This document shows, one piece after another, positions 1 to 13,447 of a stretch of DNA of 64,000 bases. A program made the translations under genes and the position numbers. Positions within the stretch are counted from its first letter, which is position 1. The number at the start of each line of letters is the position of its first letter. The DNA is taken from the NCBI GenBank assembly GCA_028534125.1, contig CM052816.1:33172001-33236000 (forward strand). The letters are read 5' to 3'. Origin of the DNA: Lama glama. Its lineage: Eukaryota. The notes under the pieces were generated by a model. That model ran no database searches, had not been told where the DNA came from, and saw only the letters and a program-made list of their open reading frames with translations.

Positions 1-234
1 AAGTCCCAGGTTGCAAGCCTGCAGCCTGCCTCCATGGCCTGCCCTATCAGACATTTGCTCCAGATGCCACAATATGAAGAATTCAGGAAGCATTGCACTG
101 GATGTTCTTTGTCTTAATGTCTGTATCCTCAGAGAATGACAATAAAAACCTAGAAAAAATCCTCAATCACCTACCTCATCCCTGTATTCCACTTACAGAG
201 GTGAGAATATGAGGGTCAGGAAGTTTGTGGTGTT

Positions 235-2430
235 GATTCAAAAACAGAAAAGCACCCACCATGTGCCAGACATTGTGCTGTGCCTTGGGATTCAGCGGTG
301 TATGGGATGGAAAAAATCCTTGCTTTCACAGAGCTAGCATTCTTGGTGGAAAATGATTAATAAGAAAATATAGAAGAGAGTTATAGCTTATGGTGGATGC
401 TCTAAATGAATTAAGCTGGAGCTATGATGAGGGAGAGCAAGCCTCTTAAATGAAGTAGTCAGAGGCGGCCTTGATGAGGAAATGACATTTCAGCACGAAG
501 GTCAAGAAGAAGTCCACTGGCCAAAAGTAGGGGACAATGGCCAGGTGGAAGGATGAGCAAGTGCAGAAATTCTGGGGCAGAAAAGGGCTTGACCTTTCCA
601 ATAAACTTCAAGTTTTAAATTTAATTTAAACTTTAATAAAAAGGTAGACATTATGATAGAAAACGATGAAGAAATGATCGACAAGCCAGACCATGCAGTG
701 TGTGTGTGTAGGCCATAGATTTCATTCTGTGTGCATGGAGATGTCACAGGAAGACTTTAAGCAGGGCAGAGACATGGTCCAATTTACATTTTAAAAAGGT
801 AATCTATTCTTATACAATCTTTAACAACAGGTAGCCTAAAAAACAGACAAAAGAAAGTTCCTCACTTATATGAGTATTCCTGCAAATGAAGTATTGATGG
901 AATTAGAATATCCCTATTTTGCAATCTCTAATGATTTAATAAATTTGGGTGTAAAACACAATGGCTACTAACATCACAAAAACTAAATACATGACTTATG
1001 ATGGAAGAATACAGTACCACCTATGAAGCCATCTTAGCAATTTTTAACAAGAAGGAACATGTCACATTAGCCACAGGGGTGCAATCAGCAAAATCCAGAC
1101 TATAACTCTACAGGAGAAACAATCTGGTTCTTTCAACAAGTAAATTGGAAGGGAGAGAAAAAAGCAAGTGAACGAGTGAGATATTAATAGAAGGAGAACC
1201 CTATAGACAGAGCAACCTATTGCAGTATGTGCTCCTTATTGGGATCTTGAGTCAAATTAACTGACTGTAAAAAATTATGATACCTCTGAGACATTCAGAA
1301 ATTTACTTTTTGAATATTTGATGCTATTTTATATTATTATTAATTTTTAAACATGTGTTGTCTTGTGTTTATCATTAAAAAGTCACGTTTTCCAGATATA
1401 TATTGAAATATTTAGGGGTGAAATGATATGATTTCTGGGTTTTGTGTCAAAATACTAGAGGCAAGGAAATAGATGGGGTTTCCAATCTGACAGACTGGTA
1501 TGCAATGATAACTGTTAAAGCTGGGTGACAGCTATATGGGAGTTCATACTCCTCTCTCTGTCCACTTGTATATGTTTGAAAGTCTTCATAATAAAAGAAG
1601 CCCAAAACGGATAATTTTGCCTTTATGTAAAGAATGGGTTGTACTGCCATCAAAGTACAGCAAGAAAACTTGTTAAATGCTATTGCAGTTTTAAGAGGAT
1701 ACATATGGCTTGAAGCCCAATGAAATCAATGAGGATGGTGAGAAATGGATAAACTTGAAATACATTATTTAGATAAAACTGAGTCAGACTTGGTGAATGA
1801 TTGGATGCAGGTAACAGAAGGAGGAATCAGGATGACCATCTGTTTTGGGGCAGAAAAACTGCGTGTGGGGAGGGACTGGGATTGGGAGAATCAAGGGTTT
1901 CATTTCGGACACGTTAAATTGGAGAATCCTATTTGACATCTAAGTGGATGCCAGTAACAGTTGTATAAATGAGTTTGGGGTTCAGGGGAGAGACAGACTA
2001 GATAGTTGATGTTAAAAGCCACAAGAACACATGAGGTCACCTAGGGAGAGACTGAGTACAAAGATGCAATCCCAGGACTTATCATTGAGATGCTCCAATA
2101 TTTCCAGAGGGTAGAAGAACAGAATCCAGCAAGGAAGACCAAGAAAAAGAAACCAGTGAGGAAGAGCAAAACTGAAGCTATGACATCACAGATGCCAAGA
2201 GACCAGTATGTCAAGGAGAGTGGCAACCCACGTGGAATGCTGCTGAGAGTTCAAGAAAGTGACAACGAAGAAGTATCCTTTGGTATTGGAGATTACTGCA
2301 GACCCTGGAGAGGAGCAATTCCATTAAGTGGTGGAGATGGGCAGAGGCTAGATTAATGTGGATTGAATAGTGACTCAGAAGTGAAAAAGCTGAGAGTACA
2401 CGGAGATTACTTTTGAGAAGCATGTTGCCC
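235..2430 (-). mobile_element. L2 LINE relic, interrupted by an L1MC-type element
   Basis: Antisense L2 3' motif (atgtgccagacattgtgctg...ttcacagagctagcattc) and purine-rich L2 body that resumes at about 1605. Confidence 0.75.
810..1597 (+). mobile_element. Old L1 (L1MC-like) 3' UTR
   Basis: L1MC-type motifs (caatcagcaaaatccagact; aaatatttaggggtgaaatgatatgat; gtttgaaagtcttcataataaaa at the end). Confidence 0.7.
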
Positions 2431-3646
2431 AAAGCCTCACTGCTACTGACCTATCAAGTGAGACCTTGAACCCAACCTGACTTCTACTTCTGAGCTTTTC
2501 TCCCTTTACCACGCCCATTCAGTCAAGCTATCTTGGAGTTCCTTGCCTGGGATAAGAGACTCTTAATTTATTAGCACAGTGGACCCCTCCCTAAACTGAT
2601 AACTGAAGTCTGTTCCATCGGATTGGGTCTTCATTTAATTGTTTATAAAATTGGCTACATTGCTTTTAGACTCAATGACTGCTGGGAAATGGAATGCAGT
2701 AGATCATTTCATTAGTCTATGTTTAAAATTTGCTAAGAAGAGCAATACTTGAAAACTATTTCCAGATTAAACCTTACACATAGAACAAACAAAAACCCAG
2801 CTTTCTCGACTGCAAATATAACTCAAGCACAGAAAGCACCCCTGTGGTGTGTCTGTCTCATTAATTACATTCATGGACTGCCTCACACCCAGCCTAGGCA
2901 TTCTACTAACCTAGAATCACTTGGCAGCCACATCCCTGACATTATCAGTGGGGAATTCCTAGCTGAGATTCATTACTGCATGCATGCATCATGTGGTGCT
3001 TCAAAAACCTCTTCACTGTCGGGTAAGATATTTTGGAGCTGAAAACTTAGTATCCGTGTCATCTTGCCTTAAATATTCAGAGTCTTTTTCAAAAATCTTA
3101 TTTGTTCTCCAGATTTCTTTAAACTATATCAAAGTCTCTGTGGAAAAGAGAAAAATAATCAGGGTGAGATTAGAGATTTGGAAATTCAAGGAAGTAAAAA
3201 AAGTTTTAAATCCTCTGAGGAGTACTTGCATGTGATCAATCTTCCAGAGAAGAAAAAGAAAGATACATTAAATAGATGCATGAAAGTAGACGTAGTAAAA
3301 TTTGGAGAACTTGCTTCAATTAAATGAATTCCAAATGCCTCCCACTGTTATTTCTGGAGCTCTTTGGGACGCTGAAACAGCATCATTCCTTGTCTCTTTT
3401 AGCTAGAATATGTTGCAGCAGCTGCCAAAAAGGGGCAAAGAATTAATATAATATAATGCTTCCAGACCTAATGACAAAGGAGGCAGTTCACCTGGCATCA
3501 TACCAAGCTGATGGATGAGGATCTGAGACACAGGCCGGGGAAAGCCATCATCCCATCCCTGAGTCCACCAAATGCCAGTGTTGGGTGCTCTGGTAGAGAT
3601 TTCCTATAGGGATAATCTAAGTCATGAGGAATGGGCTCTGCCTATC

Positions 3647-3736
3647 TTTTTTTTAATCAAAAAAAATTTTATTTAAGTATAGTTGATTTATAATGTTGAT
3701 TTATAATATTATAGCCAATATTTTATAATAACTTTC
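3647..3736 (-). mobile_element. 90 bp truncated, internally inverted L1 3' end with 17 bp TSD
   Basis: Perfect direct repeat aatgggctctgcctatc at 3630-3646 and 3737-3753; T-tract plus antisense L1 terminus taagtatagttgatttataatgttg. Confidence 0.85.
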
Positions 3737-4274
3737 AATGGGCTCTGCCTATCCCTATAAGTCCACTTCTCTCTCCCAGCCATTCTCAATTGTTTTGCAC
3801 GATTGCCACGTGAGCTCAGATGTTCCCTTCTGAGCAAATGCTCTTTAATTGGCATATCTAGCCATGACCCTTCCTTGTGCTCCAGTTAATGTTTTTTCAT
3901 GTGACTCCATACACTTTTAAGTCTTTCCATCACCGTGAAGCATGTCTAAAACTAAACTTGTCATGTTCCACCGAAAACCAGGTTAAGAAAGCTTGCAGAT
4001 TTCTGTAAATGAAACCAGTTTCCCGTCAAACAACTCTGTCATTTTCAGTTCCCTTTTCCTTCATCTCCTCTTCCAGTCAGTCAGCCCTTTCTTCTCCACT
4101 TGCTCTCCACTTTTCCTGCTAGCAACATCTTCCAGGCCTTGTCTTTTTGTATTTTGGTAACTATAACTTAATGATATGACTCAACTTCAGATCATTCTGC
4201 ATAGTCTAGCCCAGCTATTTTTTCTAAAATACAGCTTTCTTTCATGTCATTGTACAAGTAAATCTTTTTAAAGA

Positions 4275-4960
4275 TATTTTATAAGCTTTATTGAAATACA
4301 ATTCATCTACCATCACATTTACCTCTGAACATGTACAATTCTGTGACTTTTAGCATATTCACAGAGTTGTGCAAGCATCACCATTATCTAATTAGAACAT
4401 TTTCATCACCCACAAAAGAAACCTATACTCTTTAGCCATCATTCCCTAATTATCCCAACCACTAATCTACTTTGTGTGTCTCTATTGATTTGCCTATTCT
4501 GGACACTTCATACAAATGAAATAAAACAGTATGTGGCTTCATATCTGTCTTCTTTCACTTAGCCTAGTATTTTCAAGTTTCATCCATGTTGTAGTATGTA
4601 TCAATATTTCAATCCTTTTTATTGCCAAATAATATTCCATTGTATATGGTTATACCACATTTTGTTTATCTATTCATCAGTTGATGGCATTTGAGTTGTT
4701 TCCTTTTTTTTGGCTATTATTAATAATGTTGCTGTGAATATTTGTGAGCAGGTTTTGTACACATATATTTTCAATTCTCTTGGGTAAATGCCTAGGGATG
4801 GAATTGCTTGGTAATATAGTAATTCTGTGTTTAACATTTTGAGGAATACCAAATTGTTTCCCAAATGGCTGTACCATTTCGTTCTCCCACCAGCAATATA
4901 TGAGGGTTTCTTTATTTCTGTACATCCTTGCCTACACTTATTGTCTATGTGTTGATCTTT
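4275..4960 (-). mobile_element. L1 (L1MB-like) 3' end
   Basis: gctttattgaaatacaattca...cacagagttgtgcaagcatcacc; ORF 4670..5005 resembles a degenerate L1 ORF2 C-terminus (AIPSLGIYPRELK). Confidence 0.85.
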
Positions 4961-6039
4961 CTTTTCTCTGAAGTCCTTTGGCATTTCTGGCCTTGATGGC
5001 CCCATTAAAGGCTAAGCTGCGATGCTCAGCTCAACTAAGGAAAGGAAAAACCAGGACTCTCATGGCTGTATCAGTATTAGAAAATGGAAACAATTCTGTT
5101 CCGGTTGGTAAACAACCACTGCCCCAAATCAGAGAGTGCCCTCTCCCTGACCATTCGCTGCCCAGGCTGCCCCATTTCTACCTTTAGAAACCCCCATTCC
5201 TTTCCACAGGTTAGCAGTCGTAGGCCTAACACTTGGCACAGTCAGGGGCTCTGGAACCTTCCTCCATTGCTATGGCTAGTCCCCACTGTCAAGTATTTTT
5301 CATATCACCCTGGACAAAAGAGCTCATGTTTCTTAAACAAAGACAGAATCAAAGAATTAACTTATTAAAGATACCCAATTATATGGTTCCATTAAACGAT
5401 TGTCATACTCTTAAAGGATTTTCTAACAGCTTTTGAATCATTATCCCCCAACCCTTTTACCACTCTCTGAATATGAAACCCACTTCGTGTTCCACGCTCT
5501 TGACAATGCCCATCTTCCTGTCCTTTCCTTTCTAGCACAGGTTCCTTCCTGCTTGTGTTTCATACCCGTATGGATCTTTTTAGGATTTCATGTTCCAGAA
5601 CTAACTACAACAGCTGGCTTATTTTTCCAGTTGGTAGGAACACAACTATTTGAAAGCACCCTCAGCCTTCTCTTAGACCATCAGCTAACGTCCATGGCAC
5701 ATGAGAAGGCAGCAAAGACCACTGTTCAAAATAAGGAAAGCTACCCTTGTTTTTCCCTCACATCCAAAATAATAAGTTTTTGACTTCTTTCTTCACACAG
5801 CTGATGTTTACCTCTTTTCATTTCAAATACCATTATCAATGACAGAGCGGGAAACAAATCTCATGGGAGATAAAAGCTAACCCTAAGATGCAAACAGCTG
5901 TTATTTGGAGGAATTTGGGAATTTGAAGAGCAAGAAATGGATACTTTTAAACTAATTTCTTGCGTTTTCCTTAAGGCAGGACCCTCCTTCAAAAGTGAAC
6001 ATCTCTCTAGTTTCTTGAGACAAGGCATCAAATTAATGC

Positions 6040-7010
6040 CTTTTCATATTCAAGAAATATTTAATTGTCAGCTACAATGTTCACACATTTTGCTAGGTAC
6101 TAGCAATATAACGGTGAATAAAAAGAGATGCCGTCATTGTCCTCAGTTGATCCTAGAGTCACACGTGGTAGAACACAACGATGGCCCCACCTTCACAACT
6201 CTTTGTAAACATGTAAACAGAGCGCCTTCTCACTCTGATTCTGGACTTGTCCATGTGACTTAACTCTGGCCACTAGAATAAGCAGGAAGTAAGCCACATC
6301 TGCCACTAACATGAGATGCCTGGGGCAGCTTTCTGGAGGACGACAGACATGTAAGCAGTTGCCCCAGTCACCCACACTGTGGCTCAGGCCAGCAGTCAGC
6401 CAGCTGATCCCCAGGTATATGAGCTAGCTCACCCTAGACAGCCAAGAACAACAGTTGCCCTACCAACCTGCGGCTGACCCCAAATACATGGGCAATAAAC
6501 ACTTATTGTGGAATGCCAATGAGATTTCGTGATGTTTTATTACAAGGCATTGTGTGGCTAACAAGTAACTGATACACCACTTAATCATAAACATGAACAG
6601 AAAATCACAAGCTGCAATATGTGCTCTGAAGGACATGAATACCGAAGTATGAGAGTAGATGACAGCTAGATCTAGCCTAGACTGGGTGGGGAGGGGAGGC
6701 CACAGAACACTTCTGTAAGGGAGAAATGTGTGAGCTGAGATCTAAAGGATGTGTAGAAGTTAACTAGGAGAAGAGTGGGGGAAAGAGCTGTTCATGTCAC
6801 TGGAACAGCATGTGCAAAGGCCCTGCGGGGGGGGGGGGGAGCACAGACACTGAGTCATTCTAAGAAAGCAGTGTGGCTGTAACACAGTGATAAAGGGCAG
6901 AGTGCAAAGAAATGGGGCTGGAATGATAGGCAGTGACTGGAGTAGGTAGAACACGGGCTTCACACTTGATCCAAGGAACAGTGAAACTACTGAGTGGTTT
7001 TAAGATGGCA
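6040..7010 (-). mobile_element. L2 relic split by an MLT1 LTR
   Basis: cattcaagaaatatttaattg... L2 terminus; L2 body resumes at about 6580 (gagctgagatctaaaggatg, tgtgcaaaggccctg). Confidence 0.65.
6165..6576 (+). mobile_element. MaLR LTR (MLT1-type)
   Basis: Starts tggtagaac..gatggcccca; ends aataaacacttattgtgg..gccaatgagattt..aagtaactgataca. Confidence 0.7.
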
Positions 7011-8166
7011 GTAATAGTTGTTCTTCTCACACCAACATCTTGAAATTTGCCCATGAATTTTTCTAGCTGGCTCTAAAACAAGGATATTATTCATCCATCC
7101 ATTTAGTCAATGAACACTTATTAAGAGGCTCCAATTTGAAATGGATACATGATTCAGAGATTAAATGAATGAATGGGCCTATGCCAAACAATGTGATAGG
7201 TTGGAGAGACATGAAGACAGGTCTCCGGTCCTTGATCTGCTCACAGTAGGGGAGGTAGACATGAAAAAGAGACATCTTGCTAACCCAGAGATAATGTGAA
7301 CAATATGCTTTAAAAGTGTAGAGAAGGAACATCTAATTCTGTTAGGGCCAAATTACACACATTGGAAGTAAAATGGGCTTGAGTACAATACGGATGGACT
7401 TGGGGGTGAAGGCTGGATAACTGTAACCCTTTGTTGTTGAGATTTTTATGGGGACTCCATTTTCCTGAAAGTCCTGATTTGTTCGCAATAGAAAGAGGGC
7501 ACCTACCTAAGTGCTGCTGGTGCCAGTGGTATCACCTGAGAGAACTGTTTTGCTCAGCCCCGCATAACACACAACCAGAAGTCCTGAGTGCTACTCAGTG
7601 CACGTATGACATGGAACAGGAAAGAACCTCACAGGGACTCTGAACTCTCACATCTGTCTCCACTGGGCTGTACTGACCATTGGACAAGTCAGTATGAAGG
7701 CTCAGCACGACCTTCTTTAGTTCTCTTTCTAGGATTTGGCTTATTTTGGCTGTTGATGCTCATCTTTGATTCTTTTTCTTTGCAGATTTAATCTGCCAGT
7801 GAGCTTTGTTCTCTATCAAGCAATAAAAAAATTTTTTTTAAGAAATACATTATAAGCTCTTCAGTATTCATGTCCTTTGCAAATATAGTTGGCGATTCTT
7901 ATTAATGGATGAGGCTCTTTTAAGGTCAGGATTAGAAGACATTCAATTATAAATCCCAAATTCAGCTCTGATGCTCTAATTCCTAGATTCTGCATCCCTG
8001 CTAGGAAATCTCCAAATTCCTAACAATATCCGTATCAGCAAACTTTTCTTCAGTGGCAGTTCCCAAAGGTACTATCTTTTTTATTGTTAGAATTAGAGCA
8101 TACTCTTTGTACACTGAATACAGTTATTTATCTAGTGGGCACTCAACAACTTTAAGTATTAGGTTA

Positions 8167-8286
8167 GGTGGGGAGGGTATAGCTCAAGTGGTAGAGTGCA
8201 TGCTTCACATGCACAAGGTCCTGAGTTCAATCCTAGTAACTCCTTCAAAAATAAATAAGTAAGTAAACCTCCCCCCAAATTTAAAG
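8167..8286 (+). mobile_element. tRNA-Ala-derived camelid SINE (Vic-1 type)
   Basis: ggggagggtatagctcaagtggtagagtgcatgc..ggtcctgagttcaatcc with Pol III A/B boxes; TSD gtattaggtta at 8156-8166 and 8287-8297. Confidence 0.92.
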
Positions 8287-9132
8287 GTATTAGGTTAAAC
8301 CTTATGAATTTAGTAAACTGTCAATTTTAAATAGTTCAACTTAATACTAAGTTCCACGGCCCAAAACCAGTTTAGAAAGTCAAAATTAAGTACGTTATGT
8401 AAGTAATTTTCATAGCATCCAGAGAGGTCAAATGAAATGCTCTTCATTTGACCTTCTGAAAAACGACAGCAGGAGACTGAGATGATTGGATTCTTTCTCC
8501 TTGTGAAATACCCAGACACTGCTGGGCATGAAGGAGACTCTCAAAAGGTGCCTCTTCTACCAATACAAGTAGGAGAATCTACTTACCATGAGTCATATTT
8601 ACAATCGAAAGACTCTAGAGATAACTTGAGAATATTGCTGAAAGTCCTTTGCATTGCTAACTGAATTAAAATAACAAGAACAAATAACAAGAACAAGGCA
8701 AAAAATAAATCTACAGGCCTTATCTGCTAGCAAAGGCACCTACCTCCTCTCGACGGAAATGAATTTTCCTAAGAGCTGAATATTCTCCGAGAGCTCATTT
8801 ATATTTCTGTCATGATCCAATAAGTTTCCAGAGTGAGAGAAACTACATTTCACATCGCCCACATGAGCCCTGGCACTTCTAATCTACAATCTCCACTTTT
8901 AATTTACATCTGAAAAATGAATGAATGAGCAACTACAGGGATATAACAGGCAGGGTCACATAAACATGGTGAGTAATTCTATTACACCTGATGCCCAGCT
9001 CTGAACAAATAAACGCCTTTACATGTTCTGGCTTTGTATTCAAGACAGTAAACTGAACCGCTTTCCCATCCATGGCAGACATGCGAAATCTGTCAAATAA
9101 CAGCATTCAGCCCAACCCACTGCCTTGATCCT

Positions 9133-9133
9133 A

Positions 9134-9163
<30 letters not shown>
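9133..9163. repeat. (TG)n(TA)n compound microsatellite
   Basis: Read directly. Confidence 0.9.
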
Positions 9164-9164
<1 letters not shown>

Positions 9165-11339
9165 TTCTAAAACCAAGTTTTCATTTTAATAGCATTCCTT
9201 TTTAATTTCAGCAAAGCAAAATGGAAATAACACTGGAGCAGATGCAAAAGTAAAGTGAAAATGTCTTCTTGGACAAAGCTCTTTTAGTGAAAGCAACACT
9301 CCATGCGGTCTCCCTGATTCCTCCTCAGTATTCAACCGCCCAAATTAGATTCACTTCACTGGCTGTCTTCATCGGATTTCACAAAACTGGGAACTATCCA
9401 AAAGAAATAAAAGGTGAGCTTTTTCCTGAAAGCGGGATACTAGGTTTGAAAACAAACATTCAGATTAAGTGAAGGAACTTGATTAAACCCACAATTCAAG
9501 ATAATGATGAACTGAATGCTGGCACTCAGCTGCCTGACACACTTTAGCATATGAATTAAATTTTCTGTTAGCTAACCCACTTAAAAAAAAACTGTATTCA
9601 AACATCTCCCTTCAGGGAATTGGCCATATGTGGAATTAACAGACTCTTGGGTCCACATGGAGCTTGGCTTGCAATTTCTGAGTTTGCTGGAAAAGTGAAT
9701 TTATTGCATTATATTAAAATGGACATTGGGAGATTTATCTGAGCATATGACACTCTAATGGGCATGTCTATTTAATCAAATGTGCCATCACTCAAATACA
9801 TACAGGTGTACCAGCAGTTGTTTGCAGGAGTGGTAATCCCAAAAAGGGATGTGTATGGCCAGATGCTAAAGAAGGCACTTCAAATAAGGAGGTGAATGCA
9901 TGTGGCGATGTAGGGAAAGAGCTGTCATGATGTATGACATGGACCTTCCTAAACACATTGACAAATCTGTAGCAAAATGTTTTCCATAAAACCTTCATTC
10001 CATAAATAGAATTTAAAAATGGGATGGTAGCATATGGCTGTGTAAAGTTTAATGCAATCCACATGTCTTCAACAATGCCAGTGGGGATGGGCTAATGAAG
10101 ATGCAAAAGGGGAAAGGTATACTATTAAGTCGGCTACCTCACAGCGCCCAGATGGCCCAGAAATGCCAAAGCCATTTTGTGACTATCTAGAAAAAATCAG
10201 ATCAGAATTTAATTTCAGCCTTCTTATTCACAGTCTACAGATGTAAGATTTTGCATAGTTTAGTATCGCAAGATGCGTAGGGAGACCTAAGTGCTTTATA
10301 AATCATATAAGGACAAAGGGGAAGAAAATCAATTAGAAAGAGGTAGAGACCAGATGATTTCCAATTATTGATTCTGCGCCATAGGGAGATGGACTGAGAG
10401 GTATTTGTGAAGGAAATTAGATATAAGCAATGAAGTCTTAAAGAGTTGGTAGCTGGGGAAGAACTACATTTTGAGGACACTCATTTTTTAAAGCACTGTA
10501 CTACATACTTAACATACATACATGGTATCAATGTTATTGCCATTTTGAGATGAACACAACTAAAGCTCAGCGATGAAATAAATTCCCCAAAGTCACAAAG
10601 TTAGTAAGTACCTGAACAGAGATGTGAATTCAAAGCCTGTCTCATCTGCTTCCAAAGCCTATTCTTTTTCTACACAAATGTTTACCAAGGCTGTCTTTCA
10701 TGTGTTGCCTTTACTTCTACCAGACCATGTTCCGTATGCGTTACAGTCTACTAATAGTTTCCTCTAATTCATAGATTTATACTTTAAAATATTTATTTGA
10801 AAAGAAAAATGTATAATACTATTACCAAGAGAAAACATCATTTTTCTTCTGCAATCAGCAGAAGTCAGCTGAATTAAATTCTAGCTAAACACGGTTGCCT
10901 ACCCAAATCTCTGAACCTGGGGCCTGCCTTTTCCTTGTAAGGAGGGCTCAGAAAATCAGGGAGGTATGAAAGACCTTCACGCACCGAAGTGAGGCTTTTC
11001 TCTTGATGTAAACAGAAGGACTGAGAGAGAACTAAAGTGGGAATTCGATTTCTGTCCTGTGATATGGTCCTGTTTGATTACTGCTTGTGGCACATATGGG
11101 TGTACCGCCAGGAATCCTGATGCCACCACTGGCCATGCCGGGGGAAGCACGTGCCATTGGCTGAGCATTTCTGTTGAGTTGTAGTCAGGGAAGATAGAAG
11201 GAGATTGATTAGATCTAATCTTTTTTTCAAATCAAAATTCAGTTTGAAAGGAACTAGATCTGTTTGTATGTGTGACTCAGTGAAGTTTTATGTGTCACAA
11301 ATCTCAGGGCAAACTAAAAATTAAACACAGGGCCAAATT

Positions 11340-11480
11340 CTTATAGGGCACTTACGTCGCACAGCCCCGCCCTCAAGTGTACTGACTCGCGGAGCTGCTG
11401 AGCAGCCTTCGCCACACTTCCTGGTTAAACTACTGCAGGACGTCATCATGCACGCCATCACCAGGCCCCTCCTTCCTACA
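11340..11480. promoter_or_regulatory. CpG-rich candidate regulatory element or cryptic exon
   Basis: 8 CpGs in about 100 bp against an AT-rich background; GC box ccccgccc, CRE-like gacgtca, ETS-like cacttcctg; minus-strand AG and GTAAGT 120 bp apart. Confidence 0.4.
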
Positions 11481-11932
11481 AAATTTCTTGGAGAAGACAG
11501 GCTAGAAGTGGCTAGTACCTAGCCTCCTCCTGAGCAAACCTGACTCAAAGAGAGGCCACTTGAGACCCAAGGTCCTTTTTCAGCATGTTGTCCTGGTCTT
11601 CTCCTTATTTCTCTAAAAAGTATAGAATGACAGCACGACTATTAGAGTACCAGGAGCACCCCACCATAAAATACTAAAAACCCAACCCCATGTGTCAAAC
11701 AGAATAAGCAAAAGACATTTCTACATCCTTATTTCAAAAGTATTTTGTTTCCTAATCCTCTATAATTTGACTCGCTAGCATGTTTAACAATGTATATAAG
11801 CTTCTGCAAAAATAAAAACAGTATTTTGGCTTTCTCTATTTTTATATGCATGTACTATGTTTTCCCAGAAAAGCCCACATTCGTACGTATGCATTCAAAC
11901 CTGCTATGTAGTAACACACAACCATGTGCATG

Positions 11933-11967
11933 TACACACACGCACACACGCACACACACATACACAA
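11933..11967. repeat. Imperfect (CA)n microsatellite
   Basis: Read directly. Confidence 0.85.
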
Positions 11968-13174
11968 ATTGCTTGTCTCAAAAATCTGAATTTCAGTAGC
12001 AGAGATGGCAATGACTCCTAAGTGAGAAATACATTGAAAATGAAAGAAATACAAATTCAGGTCATGTCAGGAAGCAGATTTTCCAATGGTGATAAAATTA
12101 TACCTGAGACAAGACTAAGAAAATGCACTAAAGCACCGCAAAAAAAGCAAAAACAAAAAACAAAAATAAAAACAAAAAACAATTTAAATGTCACCCTGGG
12201 AGGAACAGGGTATTAACTGTCAAAGAAGCCCGATATACTACAAGCCCTCTACTTGCTCCAAATATTTACATCTGGAGAAATACATGTTTATTTTAGAATC
12301 AGGAGAGCATACTGCTTACATCTTAAAATTTTCAGGAGCCAGCAATTAGTTTAATTATTAACAGAGTTCCCTGACCAAACTATTGCTTCAAAAAAAGTGG
12401 TTCCCACGCACATCACACCCTCCTCTTGGCAATTCCAGTCTGGGTCCTGTGACTGGCACATGGACATCACTGAATAAAAACCACAGTACATGAGTTAGTA
12501 TATTGGTGAGGCCTTGCTCTTAAATATAATTTGGCCAGATTTTGGAAATGTGAAGAGAGATCTGACTTGAATGCCAATCCACTCACCTCTCTCTTAACAA
12601 GGTATCAATATGGTGCTAATGGTACTTTCTCAAATATTTTTAATATACTATCCATACTTCCTTAGTTGACACAATTATATAAACAGCTTTAGGAAATTCA
12701 ATTGGTCTAATTTTTTAAAGCTTAATTTTTATTTAAAAGGAAAAGCATGGCTACATGGTATTTCACCATACACTTATGGTTCAGTAGCTATTTTGTTCTG
12801 TTTTAGTGAAATATTCTCAGAACAACTGAAACTGAAGCCTAAAATGTTAATGTGGAATGAGAACAAATTTACTTTTTGGTATGGGTACAATTTTTTAAAA
12901 ATATAAATAATTTTTTATTATGTAGATAATGCTCATTGTAGGAAATTTTTCATTTATTATGCAGGTAATATGCATTGCAGAAAAATTAAGAAATGCAAAT
13001 GTGCAAAAGAGAAGAAACTAAAAATTACCACTCACCTGATTAACATAAACACTGTTTTCATGTTGGTAAGTATTCTTCTACCCCTATGACTATATGTAAT
13101 ACATACTAGTTACAACTAAGATCTATTTTTCAAATTAAAACAAAATTCAGTTTATTTAAACTAAAAAAAAAAAC

Positions 13175-13411
13175 CCAGTTCACCCATTTCTCCCATCCCT
13201 CAAACCCCCTGCCCCAGCAACCACCAGTCTATTCTCTGTATCTTCTGTATCTATGAGCTTAGTTTTTTATCTGTATGTTTATATTTTTGATTCCACATAT
13301 AAAAGAGATCATATGGTATGTCTTTCTGTGTCTAACTTATTTCACTCGGCATAATGCCCTTGAGATTTGTCCACATTGTCTCAAGTGGCAAGATTTCATT
13401 TTTTATCATGA

Positions 13412-13447
<36 letters not shown>

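Noticed and set aside
6827..6839. G13 homopolymer (another at 59395-59407) as a functional G-quadruplex
   Set aside because: Short slippage runs with no supporting context; homopolymer length is also error-prone.
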